From the human T2T-CHM13v2.0 reference genome, Homo sapiens: 64,000 nucleotides of DNA. The notes under the pieces are model-generated. The model was not told the origin of the DNA, ran no database searches, and saw only the letters and a program-made list of their open reading frames with translations. Position 1 is the first letter of the stretch. Each line of letters begins with the position of its first letter. The stretch lies in the NCBI RefSeq assembly GCF_009914755.1, contig NC_060938.1; one strand, 5' to 3'. A program made the translations under genes and the position numbers. Below, piece by piece: positions 1 to 11,473 of the stretch.

Positions 1-329
1 ATTTATTCTAAATACTAAATAGCATATTCACTCTTAGGTAATCTATTTGCTGTACTTATAAGTCTTTGAACTAAAGAATTCTTTCAGATACCATTATAAC
101 TACATGCCTGAAACAGGTGGACCACAATTGACAATTCAATTAAGATTCTGATGCCCACAGAAGACAAACTAAATAAGAACACTCCTATAGAATGCCTATC
201 GCACACATCTTAAACTCCTTAGATTGACTCACACAAGTATAATAGCACCACTAATCATGTTTCATCTTCCAAAGTTCAGAAGTCTATGATCTCCAAAGCA
301 GCACATCACAGTTAAGAGGCAGAAAAAGA

Positions 330-525
330 AAAAACTAGGTTCTAGTTCTAATGCCTTCACTTTTCAGCTGAGATAAAAACTTGACCCTCATTCAGTTTCT
401 TCATTTATAATAAATTAGGTATAATTAAAGTTTATTATCATAGAATAAAATAATGTTTCATGCATGTAGCACAGTATCTAACACATAGTAAACAATCAGT
501 TTATAGTTTTTATCAGTATTATTAC
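330..525 (+). mobile_element. MIR SINE remnant (degenerate)
   Basis: MIR-core-like text 'ggttctagttc...tcagtttcttcatttataa...tagcacagtatctaacacatagtaaaca'; boundaries approximate. Confidence 0.55.
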
Positions 526-812
526 CACCACTATTAAAAGAGAAGAAAAGGAAACAGAAGAAAAGTACCCATGTTATATTTTAAAATAGGTTAAGCAGTT
601 TTTAAAGAACAGTCCATGACTTTAGTAACTCTACAAAAATCTTGTTGGCATTTCATTAGAAAAGTCTGTAGTTATCAACATACACTATTATGAAATTATT
701 GGTATGAGAAAAATTGTTGCTACAAGTACTTTCTTTTCAGATTCAGTAGCAACTCATATACTGATTATAGAGTGATATTTTCTTTAAAAAAACATACAAT
801 TAGCTATTTTCT

Positions 813-828
813 TTTTTTTTTTTGAGAT
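813..828 (-). mobile_element. Ultra-short 5'-truncated Alu-like insertion (ATCTC + poly-A)
   Basis: T11+GAGAT between direct repeats gctattttct (803-812) and gctgttttct (829-838). Confidence 0.5.
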
Positions 829-1222
829 GCTGTTTTCTAATTAAACCTTTTATTAAGTCTAAAACCATGTTTTTGAAAAGTGAAGTTGTGAAACATTTAT
901 ATCCAAATTGCCACAGTGACCAGAAGGCTAGTACAATAGTTTTAGAAATTATATACAGGATTTGGAGCTCTCCAATAGACCACCAAATTATGAGAAATTC
1001 TACAGATATAAGATTCTTCCCTGTACTCACAATCTTGAAACAAATAAACCTCAATTTCTTTTTGAATTCAAGGGATAAACAAACATATTTTAAGGAAGGC
1101 AATAAAATGGAAACTGAAATAGTTCTAGGAAAAAAAGCTAAATATGAGCAAAGGTTATGAATAGGTATGTCACAAAATCTTGCAAATGGTCAATTAGCTC
1201 ATGCAAAGACATGAAACTCACT

Positions 1223-1590
1223 TGATATGGTTTGGATTTGTATCCCTGCCTAGATCTCATGGGAAATTGTAATCCCCAATAATGGAGGAGAGGCCTGGTG
1301 GGAGGTGATTAGATCCTCATAGGGACAGACATCCCCTTTGCTGTTTTTGTGATAGTGAGTGAGTTCTCACAAGACCTGGTTGTTTAAAAGTGTGCAGCAC
1401 TTCCCACTTCACCCTCTGCCTCCTGTTCTGGCCGTGTAAGATGTGCCTTCTTCCTTTTCACCTTCTGCCATGATTTTAAGTTTCCTGAGGCCTCGCCAGA
1501 CATGCCTCCTGTACAATGTTCCACAATGTGAGCCAATTAAACCTCTTTTCTTTATAAATTACACAGTCTCAGATATTTATAGCAATGCAA
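1223..1590 (+). mobile_element. MaLR solo LTR (MST-like)
   Basis: Begins TGATATGGTTTGG; contains 'gtgagccaattaaacctcttttctttataaattac'; 3' end abuts another LTR. Confidence 0.85.
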
Positions 1591-1591
1591 T

Positions 1592-2110
1592 ATGGCCCAA
1601 CTGTCCCATAGAAGTGATGTTTATGGTTTCTTTTGAATAAATGTAGAAATTGACTCTACCAGTCTTAAAACTTGAGAAAGTTACATTTTTCTTATCTGAA
1701 TTCCTTTCTCAGGAAATCAACCATCAAACTTCTTAGATACTATCAAGAAAGTGAAACTTACCACATCACCACATCTGGGCAATGAGATGCCAGACCCTTC
1801 ACTAATCATGATTGCCTAACTGACTTCCTGTTCCTGCTTCCCTTCCTGCTTCCTGTTGACCAACTCCTCTTCCTTACCTCTAAGGAAGGGGTCAGAGGAC
1901 TTGGTTTTTCCCATACATTATTACATTTCTTCCCTGCTGAATAAATCTCTAATTTTAGTCAGAGAGATAGATTTGAGACTGATTTCCCATCTGCTTGACT
2001 GCAGCACCCGAATAAAACCTTTTTCCCTGGCAATACTCATTGTCTCAGTGACTGGCTTTCTGTTGGGCAAGCAGCAAGACCTAGAGCTAACTCTTGCTGT
2101 TTGGGTAACA
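1592..2110 (+). mobile_element. ERV1-class (MER4-group) solo LTR, subfamily not assigned
   Basis: LTR-like sequence 'cccatagaagtgatgtttatggtttcttttgaataaa...', AATAAA at ~2011, ends 'gggtaaca'; 5' boundary approximate. Confidence 0.7.
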
Positions 2111-2720
2111 TATAATATCATTAATAATCAGGTAAATACAAATGAAAACTGCAATAAAATATTACTACACACACACTACAATGGTTAAAATTAAAGCTAA
2201 CACCACCAAATGTTGGTGATGATCTGGAGTAACTGAAATTTTCATACATAATTGGTAGGAAAGTAAAATGATTCAAGCACTTGGGAAAAGGTCTAGAAAT
2301 TTTTTTACAAAAGTGGACATATATCTACCATATGAACTACTAATTCCAATGCTGGGTATCTACCCAATAAAAATGGTTTTTATAAAGGTTGAAAAAAAAA
2401 AAAAACCTTATTCAGGAATGCTCATAATAACTGTATTCATGATATCAAAAGATAGAAACAGCCCAGATATCCATCAATATGCAAAAGAATAAACAAATTG
2501 TTAGATATTTATACAATGGAATACTAATGATAAAAATAAACAATTTTTTAATACACATAAAATATACGTGAATCTCATAACATTATGCTGTGTAAATGAA
2601 GCCTTACCCAAAAGAGTACACACTGTATGATTTCATTTATACTACATTCCATAACAAGCAAAATTATTCTATGGTGAAAAAAAATTATAGCAATTATTAG
2701 TTTGCCAAGAGGTAGGGTGG
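2111..2720 (+). mobile_element. Old L1M (L1MD/ME-like) ORF2-end/3'UTR fragment; also at ~1130-1222 and 5154-5590
   Basis: L1 3' motifs such as 'ccatatgaactactaattccaatgctgggtatctacccaa' and 'cattatgctgtgtaaatgaagcc'; split by the MST, ERV1 LTR and THE1 insertions. Confidence 0.75.
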
Positions 2721-3154
2721 AGTATTAGTCCATTTTCATGCTGCTGATAAAGACATACCCAAGATTGGGCAATTTACAAAAGAAATAGGTTTTTGGACTT
2801 ACATTCCCACATGGCTGAGGAGGCTTCACAATCATGGTGGAGGGTAAAAGGCACATCTCACATAGCAGCAGACAGGAGAAGAGAGTTTGTGCAGGGAAAC
2901 TCCCATTCTTAAAACCATCAGATCTCATGAGACTTATTCACTATCACAAGAACAGCATGGGAAAGACCCATCTCCGTGGTTCAACTATCTCCCACCAGGT
3001 CCATCCCACAACACATGGGAATTATGGGAGATACAAGATGAGATTCAGGTGGGGACAGAGGGCCAAACAATATCATTCTGCCCATGGCCCCTCCCAAATC
3101 TCACGTCTTCACATTTCAAAATCAATCCTGCTTTCCCAATGGTCCCCCAATGTT

Positions 3155-3376
3155 TTAACTCATTTCAGCATTAACTCAAAAGCTACAGTCCAAAGTGTCA
3201 TCTGAGACAAGGCAAGTCCCTTCTACCCTTAACTCATTTCAGCATTAACTCAAAAGCCATAGTCCAAAGTGTCATCTGAGACAAGGCAAGTCCCTTCCAC
3301 CCTTAACTCATTTCAGCATTAACTCAAAAGCCATAGTCCAAAGTGTCATCTGAGACAAGGCAAGTCCCTTCTGCCT
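3155..3376. repeat. Tandem triplication, 74-bp unit, inside THE1 internal region
   Basis: Unit 'ttaactcatttcagcattaactcaaaagc...ggcaagtcccttc' starts at 3155, 3229 and 3303. Confidence 0.95.
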
Positions 3377-4192
3377 GTAAGCCTGTAAAATAAAAAGCAA
3401 GTTAGTTACTTTTCCTAAATACAATGGGGGCACAGGCATTAGGTAAATACAGCTATTCCAAATGGGAGAAATTGGCCAAAACAAAGGGGCTACAAGCCCC
3501 ATGCACGTCTGAAATCAAGCAGGGCAGTCAAATCTTAAAGCTCCAAAATTATCTCCTTTGATTCCATGTCTCATATCCAGGTTACGATGATGCAAGAAGT
3601 GGATTTCCATGGTCTTGCGCAGCTCCTCCCCTGTGGCTTTGCAGGGTACAGCCTCCCTCCTGGCTACTTTCATTGGCTGGCATTGAATGTCTGTGGATTT
3701 TCTAGGCACATGGTGCAAGCTGTCAGTGAATCTACCATTCTGGGTTCTGGAGGATGGTGGCCCTCTTCTCACAGCTCCACTTAGGTGGTACCCCAGCAAG
3801 GACTCTGTGTGGGGGATCTGACCCCACATTTCCCTTCTGCAATGCCCTAGAAGAGGTTCTCTATGAGGGCTCCACCCCTGCAACAAACTTCTGCCTGGGC
3901 ATCCAGGCACTTCCATATATCTTCTGAAATCTAGGAGGAGGTTCCCAAACCCCAATTCTTGGCTTCTGTGCATTCATAGGCTCAACACCACATGGAAGCT
4001 TCCAAGGCTTGGGGCTTGCATCCTCTGAAGCAACAGCCTTAGCTTATCTTGGCCCCTTTTAGCCATGGCTGGAGCAAGTGGGACACAGGACACCAAGTCC
4101 CTAGGCTGTACACAGCAGGGGGGTCCTGGACCTGGCCCATAAAACCATTTTTTCCTCCTAAATCTCTGGGTCTGTGATGGGAGAGGCTGCTG

Positions 4193-4708
4193 TTAAGACC
4201 TATGACATGCCCTGGAGACATTTTCCCCATTACCTTGGTGATTAACATTCCACTCCTTGTTACTTATGCAAATTTCTGCAGCCAGCTTGAATTTCTCCTC
4301 AGAAAATGGAATTTTCTTTTCTATTGCATTATCAGGCTGTAAATTCTCCAAACTTTTATGCTCTGTTTTCCTTTTAAAACTGAATGCCTTTAACAGCACA
4401 CAAGTCACCTCTTGAATGCTTTGCTGCTTAGAAATTTCTTCCACCAGATGCCCTAAATCACCTCCCTCAAGTTCAAAGTTCCAAATATCTCTAAGGCACG
4501 GGCAAAATGCCACCAGTCTCTTAGCTAAAGCATAACAAGAGTCACCTTTGCTCCCGTTCCCAACCAGTTCCTCATCTCCATCTGAGACCAGGTCAGCCTG
4601 GATTTCATTGTCCATATTATTGTCAGCATTGTGGTCTAAGCCATTGAACAAGTCTCTAGGGATTTCCAAACTTTCCCATATTTTCCTGCCTTCTTCTGAG
4701 CCTTCCAA
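4193..4708 (-). pseudogene. Remnant of the MaLR/THE1 internal ORF
   Basis: 171-aa ORF (WESLE..DLFNG.D.NAD..MDNEIQA..VSDG..ELVGN.SKGDSCYALAKRL.AFCPC.RD) aligns by eye with ORF 50453-50983. Confidence 0.8.
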
Positions 4709-7700
4709 ACTGTTCCAACCTCTGCCTATTACCCAGTTCTAAAGTCGCATCCACATTTTAGGGTATCTTTTCAGCAGCACCCCACTCTACTGGTAATGAT
4801 TTACTGTACTAGTTTGTTTTCATGCTGCTGATAAAGACATACTTGAGACTGGGCAATTTACAAAAGAAAGAGGTTTATCGGACTCACAGTTTCATATGGC
4901 TGGGGAGGCCTCACAGTCATGGTGGAGGGCAAAAGGCACATCTCACATGGCAGCAGACAAGTGAAGAGGGCTTGTGCAGGGAAACTTCCATTTTTAAAAC
5001 CACCATATCTCGTGAGACTTACTATCATGAGAACAGCATGGAAATACCCATCCCCGTGATTCAATTATCTCCCACTGGGTCCCTCCCACAACACGTGGGA
5101 ATGATGGGAGCTACAAGATGAGGTTTGGTTGGACATACAGCCAAACCATATCAGGCGGAATTGACTGGGAAAAGGGATAAGGAATCTGTCTGGGATAAAA
5201 GTAATGTTTTATATCTTGTTAGGGGTTTTGATTACACAAGCATACATATTTGTCACAACTTTGTTGATATGCAATTAAGACTTGTGCATATTTCATGTAA
5301 CTTTGCATCAAAAGAAAAATTATAAACAAATAATGAACTCTATTTCATTATATGCATGCTGAAATATTTAGGAAAAACTGTAATGTTGCAATTTCCTTTT
5401 AAATGTACCCCAAAATAAGATGGATTGGTGGAAGTTTACAGTGATAGGTGGGTAAATATGCAATAAAGCAAATATTGGTAAAGTACTGATGAAAGAATCT
5501 TTGTGGTGAGAGTACAAGTCTTCCCAATAACATTTTTTAAGCTTGCTAAATGATTGACATATTTCATGGTAAAATATTGGCAAAAAAGATACTGCTTAAA
5601 GTTTAAATTTCATTCTTTTTTCTAGTAAAAATCAAATGTCAAATTGCTTGTTGTTGGCAGCAATTCACCATAAATGCACACTCACTATAACTTTACACTA
5701 ATATATAATCTTAAAAGAAAAGTAAAAGATATTTTATTTACAAATTACACCTGATCACTAATATATCATACTTGTTATGGTCAATGAAAGTAATATGTAA
5801 GTCAACAGAAGAGAAAAAACACCTTTTTTCCAATACTGAAAAGCTTTCAAATATCAACTCAACTTTCCCTTTGCCAGTACATGTTGGACTTTGTCCAATA
5901 TAATTATATACAGTCTACAGGCAGATTCAAAATACTTTAAAATTATTATCATAGTTTAAAACTAAATTATAACAATTACAAAAACGTGATTCTTAAAATT
6001 TTGTCTTACAGACAAAACATAAAGATGTTTTCCTCATACAGTATAAGGATCTACATAACAACTTCATGATTATAAAAATTAGTAAGCACTGACAAAACTA
6101 TTTTTTTAATGTGGCAAAATTTTGCCTTGATGTTGCATTGGCATTATAATTGTGTATTTACATGCTCATAAACTCCTATGGTGGTGTTGCACGACTTATC
6201 CTTAGTTCAGCTAAAGATGGGGTTCTTTGTCCCATAGCCACAAAAATTCAGGCTCGCAGACAATTTGGTGAGTGAGACAAGGTTTTATTGGGTGAAAAGG
6301 AAGAAAAGTGTGAAACAGGAACTCTCACTAGGCCAGAGTTCCTGCTAGAGTGCTTCCCTCTCACCATTCAAATCCCAAGTTCCTCACAGGAACAGGAGGT
6401 GCCAGACTCCTCCCTGCTGAAAATGTTGTGAAAGTTGTAATGCTCCACCTCAGTGGGCAGGCTGGCTGGAGTTTCTCTGGGGAACCCCTCCCATCTGGCT
6501 GTCTCATCCCTCCCTCTAAGGAAGTACATCTAACTGCCATTAGATTAGGATACAGATGAAGACCGATCTTAACTGCTTCCTGCTGACAGGGTGCAGTTTT
6601 GGGAAAATGGCAGTCAGAGCTTCCCCAGAGTCCTATTTAAGGAGCCACCATCAGAGGCTCCGGTTGCATGACTGTTTGGAGTTTGATGGCCTGAAGGCAA
6701 GAAGATAAGCCGGGTTACTAGAAAACATGTATCAAAACAAAACAAGCCAAGGTGTAAAGACAGCTCAAAAATTCTGAGGCCTTTTACCAGTTTACACAGG
6801 GAAAGGGAGGCCAAAAGCCCGACTGGTAAAAAAAAAAAAAACTTTACCCTTTTGCTGCTGTGTTGGGCTTCTGGATTCCCTTCACCTGAGCTCAATCCTA
6901 AGCCAACCAGTTTAAGGTTTAGAAAATTAACTCTTTCCAGATTGAAGGATGCATCTGAGGGGAGTACCTCATAGTATGAAGACATAATTACCTATTAATG
7001 AAGAGAGAATTGAGAAGGAGAAAGGAAAAAGGTGTTCTTTCAAGGAAGTCCCAGGGGTTCAGGATGCATTTGAAAGGGGTACAGACTGAAGATGAATGGC
7101 TGCCCATCTAGAAAAAGGGGAGCAGGCATCCCTGGTTCCCGTCTCTTTCTAGCAGATACCCGGAGTACGTGAGGGAGAGAGGGAAGAGCATCCTCTTTCC
7201 TTTTTCCATTCTTGCATGCCCGAGTTCCAGCAACCTTGGCAGGCACTGCCATGGGTATTAAAGTGGCTTGCACCCATGAAGCAGGGGGGCCTAGAGAAAA
7301 GGAATTACCCACTCTCACCTATGTCTCTTTTCCACCTACTGTCAGTAGCCTTGGAGTTCCCTTTACCTCATTTATGCCATGGATATTAACGTGGCCTTTA
7401 TCAATGAAACAGGAAGCTTGGGGTTGGCTTAATTGGCATGAATCAGCCACGCTCATCTGTGCTGTGCTTTTTAACCTCTGTTGTCATTTGCCTCTGGACC
7501 CCTCAGTACAGTTTTCCTTCCTAGGGCTTTGACCCCGAAGCTTGGAATTGATTTTGGGACAAAAATGTGTCTCGGGTGTTGCATGGACTCCTTATCATAA
7601 ACCAAACGCTAAGGTGAAACTGTGGAACTAAGGTGAAACTGTGGAACTGAGTCCTCCTCCAAAAAGGGAGAGGAAAGGATGTCTTGTGACACACCCAAAT

Positions 7701-8020
7701 AAGTGGTGGCTATAGTTATGCTTGCTAAGATTTGGGTGCATGGTGCTTGGCTTTGGTTAGCTCCCTTGGCCTTACTTTTCCAAAAGGAAACCTCTGAGTG
7801 ATGGGCATCCTATTCATTCCCATCACCTAACAGGATTTACAGGATAATTGCTCAGAGCTAGAATACTGATCAGAATTTCTACATTACCTATCCCTCCTAT
7901 TCTTTCTGAGCTGCAGCCAGGGATTGCTGGTTGGTTCACAGAAGCAAGCAGGGTTAGTCTAAAATGTAGGCAAAAAACTTAAAAACAACTAGTGAGTTTA
8001 GAATTTAATGACAAATATAT

Positions 8021-8574
8021 TGTTATACCCGAGCAAGTTAGAAAAACACCACACTTTGAGACGAATTAAGAGTCCTTTATTAGCCGGCGACCAAGAGACA
8101 GCTAACGCTCAAAGTTCTCTCGGCCCCGAAGAAGGGGCTAGATTTTCTTTTATACATTGGTTTAGAAAGGGGAGGGGGGTCTAGTTAAAACAATTTTACA
8201 GAAATAAAATAGGCAAAAAGTTAAAAGGATAAATGGTTACAGGAAAGTAAACAGTTCCAGGTGCAGGGGCTTTAAGACTATTACAAGGTGATAGACTCGG
8301 GGCTTTGGGCGTTATCAATCAGATGAATTCCTGGGAATTTCGGATATAGCTTGCCACAGTATCTTATCAGTTAATTGCATTCTTGGATGTGCTGGGAGTC
8401 AGCTTGCACAGGTTAAGTCCTTGAGGAAGGGGCTGTCAGTGAAAGAGCCAAGATGGAGTCTGTCTGGATCTCTTAGCTAAGAGAGAGTCAATTCAGGTGG
8501 AAACAAGGCTAGGTGATTAAAGGAAAAGGGGGAGTCTAAAAACAGGGTTAGTAAAAACAAGGTTGGGCATTACA
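8021..8574 (-). mobile_element. Solo LTR6 (HERV-S71/HERV-T family) inside MER61 internal region
   Basis: Minus strand starts TGTAATGCCCAACCTTGTTTTTACTAACCC and ends ...TATAACA; 4-bp TSD atat (8017-8020/8575-8578). Confidence 0.88.
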
Positions 8575-11401
8575 ATATGACAAGTTTTGAAACATGATTT
8601 CTCTCTCTCCAGTCCTCATGTTTGTTTAAAAAAACAAATCATCATGGGGCTGAATGGGTTTTTTTGCAAAATAGACGTTAGTCTCATAAAGTGCAGCAAG
8701 AATAATGATTTCTACATAGACCTTTTGGATTGATTGGCTTGTTGGAAGTTTGCTCCATAAGGAATCTCAGATAAGACCTTTTAAAGCCTAGCCCAGCCAT
8801 GGTTTATCCTCAAATACTTGTGAGTTGGGTGATCCTCTCCTCTTAAGGTCCCAGGATAAACTTGGAGCTCCTGGACCTGTTAGAAAGTGACATTCTTTAC
8901 TGACCACAGATCAGGAACCCTGTACAGGGACTGCATAGACAAGGGTATGAGGCCAGTTTCTCCCATGGGGCTTTTATCAGCTCTGCAAGTTGAGATTGAC
9001 TCCTTAAAGGGGAGCATACCCTTTCAGTCAAAGCCTTGGTAAAACAACCACTTTCTCCAATTGTGTCCTGTTCCAAAAGACAATGGATTCTTATTGCACT
9101 GATGCAAACAACAATATTGTCATAGTAGTACTCACAGATAGTTTCCAAATTCTAGAGGAACCAGGCAGAGAGAAACAAACATGCTCCAAATCTTGAACAC
9201 AGGAGTATACCTACTTAATTATTAAAGTCCATAAATAGTTCAAAGTTTCCTTGACTCCAAAAAACAAAACATGGATCAGCAATTTTCCAAGCAAAGGTTA
9301 AAAAGATTTGCTTCAGTTTCCTGAGTTCAATTCATTTAGTTAACTCTTGTTTTGCTTGATATTCATGAGCATTTCAGCTCTTCATGAGTCTTGTACATTT
9401 TCCGTTATTCCAATGTTACAATCTCTAAAGTTATCAGAAGGCTGTATTTAAGAGTATCTCTTAAACTTCTACAGGTCATTATAAACCATCTTTTAGGAAG
9501 GATTAAAATAAGAAAACAATTGTCTGTGAATAGGAAAATGTCCAGGTTAGTTACAGTTAGAAACACAACTGACAAAGAAGTTTGGTTATCTCCATGGTTT
9601 ATCATAACAAAATAAAAACCTTAATTATGATTGGTAGCATATACTTAGACATTAGAATTTTAGAAATCCCATACAATTCTGCAACACATATTAGCATTAT
9701 TCACCAGGATATAACCTAAAGGAGATTGAGCATCATTTTGACAACTTCATGTACCTAAATATGTCAAATAATCCTGTTTACCTCTATTTTCTGGACATTC
9801 CAGGGGCCCTCTGGACTATCCAAAAAGCCACGTGTCAGGAAAGACAGTTTTGAAACTGAAGTTTAATTTTAGGAAGGCTGTTAAATGTTCAAGGTTTAAA
9901 ATACTTGATATTATGAAATAGAATTCCAGATTACCATAAGTTATTTATTTTGCCAAAAATTATGGCTCAGAAATTTAAAGAAGCAAAAACCTTTTATAAC
10001 CCCTTACAAATTTTGCCAAAGAGCAGATTAGTGCCTTAGGAAAACCTTGCTATGGTTTTATTTCAATACTAAATTTACAGAAAAACCATATAATACCCTT
10101 TTTTGAATTTAGTCAGTATGTTCACACAGAGAACCTCTTCTGCAAGACTTCTTTGAACCTTTAGCTTTTTCCTAATTTAACTCATAACAATCCTTTAACT
10201 GGAAGCAAAAGTTTACATTTCCATGCCTTCTTATAACTTTTATTAAAAAACACATTTTACTGTTCTTACACACTCTGCATGTAAATATATTTCTAGTAGT
10301 TCCAATTAACTCCTAGCAATTTTGAACTTTAAGGTAAAACTTGGTAAGTTGCTTTAATTGTGTGCTAACTGCAGCCAAGGTTTGCCTTATTAGTTAACGA
10401 GTGGTTAGTTCCATATGTCCCCAGGCCTCACCACTTATGAAGCCAGCAAGTCGAATAGTTCTCAAAACCCAAAAAGCAGTTTGTAACCTCAAAACACTTA
10501 GCAAACCTTGCACCTGACCTGCATTTCACCAGTAGTCTTTAGCGCTCTCTTTATTTCTTAAAGTCATCAACTGAAAGTTTCCACAGCTTTTAACTTCCCT
10601 TTAAAAAATATTAGATCCAAGTGCATGTCTTTCTTTAGGCCAAATTAACTAAAGCTCTTTTGACAGAGATTACACACAGTACACACACACACAGGCAGAA
10701 GAAAACCCAGTTGCTAGGTGGGGCCCTTTAAGAGACAGGGCTAGGAAAACTTGCAGATATCAAACCAGAAAGAAATTTATTCCCTAAGGCAGGATTCCTA
10801 AACAAAGCCTTGCCAAGCAGTTACAGGCCATGCCCCCAGTGTGTAAAACAACATGGAGGCTTGCAGCACAAACCATACAGACATGCAAAGCTCATGGGAT
10901 AGGCCACAGCCCAAGACTAGCCCCACAAACCCTTTTTCACAATTAAAGCTTTACAGAAAATATAAACAGTGATAGCTGGGGGGCCTGGCATAGCAAAACA
11001 TCTTCTAAAAGGAAAAAAACAAAACTTGCTTAAAAACTGCTGATGGGGTGGAGAAGAGGAAAGGAAAAAAACAGTTTAAAAATGCCTAGAGAAGAACCTC
11101 TTACTCTTATGCAAGTGGTTCCTTCACCAGGGAGACTAGTTCAATTACTGCCCAGTGGAGTAAAACCGCTTGGCAGGGGAAGGGGAAGGCTCCTGCAAAA
11201 GCAGGTGGCTGGGACTGCCAGCCTGCTGTGCCAGATCCTTGGGCCATGTATCCCAGCCCCGGCATGGAGGGGAGAGCCGTGAGGAGCTGCTGCTTGCCAG
11301 TGCAGCCCGAAAAAGGAAGGAAAAGACCATAAGGATGAAAAGGCTCAGAAGGGAGAGGGAAAAAGAATTGTTGGTTTGCATCTCACTCACCACTTCTCGA
11401 G

Positions 11402-11419
11402 CCCCCACGTTGCGCACCA
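11402..11419 (-). promoter_or_regulatory. Primer-binding site, tRNA-Lys(CUU)-like, of the MER61 provirus
   Basis: Minus strand TGGTGCGCAACGTGGGGG vs canonical TGGCGCCCAACGTGGGGC (15/18), 4 nt inside the 5' LTR end. Confidence 0.8.
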
Positions 11420-11473
11420 AAAATGTTGAGGACTTTTCCTTAGTTGAGTTAAAGACGGGGTTCTTTGTCCCAC

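Larger units (their letters stand above)
2721..5153 (-). mobile_element. Full-length THE1 (THE1B/C-like) MaLR: LTR 2721-3075, internal 3076-4804, LTR 4805-5153
   Basis: Two LTR copies (gtattagtccattttcatgctgctgataaagacatac...ccaaaccatatca); 5-bp TSD ggtgg (2716-2720)/ggcgg (5154-5158). Confidence 0.95.

Noticed and set aside
800-1160. Overlapping 100- and 112-aa ORFs
   Set aside because: AT-rich, no recognisable motif or splice context; the start overlaps a poly-T tract.
3155-3376. Regularly spaced repeats as a CRISPR-like array
   Set aside because: Units are contiguous with no unique spacers, lie inside a THE1 element, and the DNA is primate.
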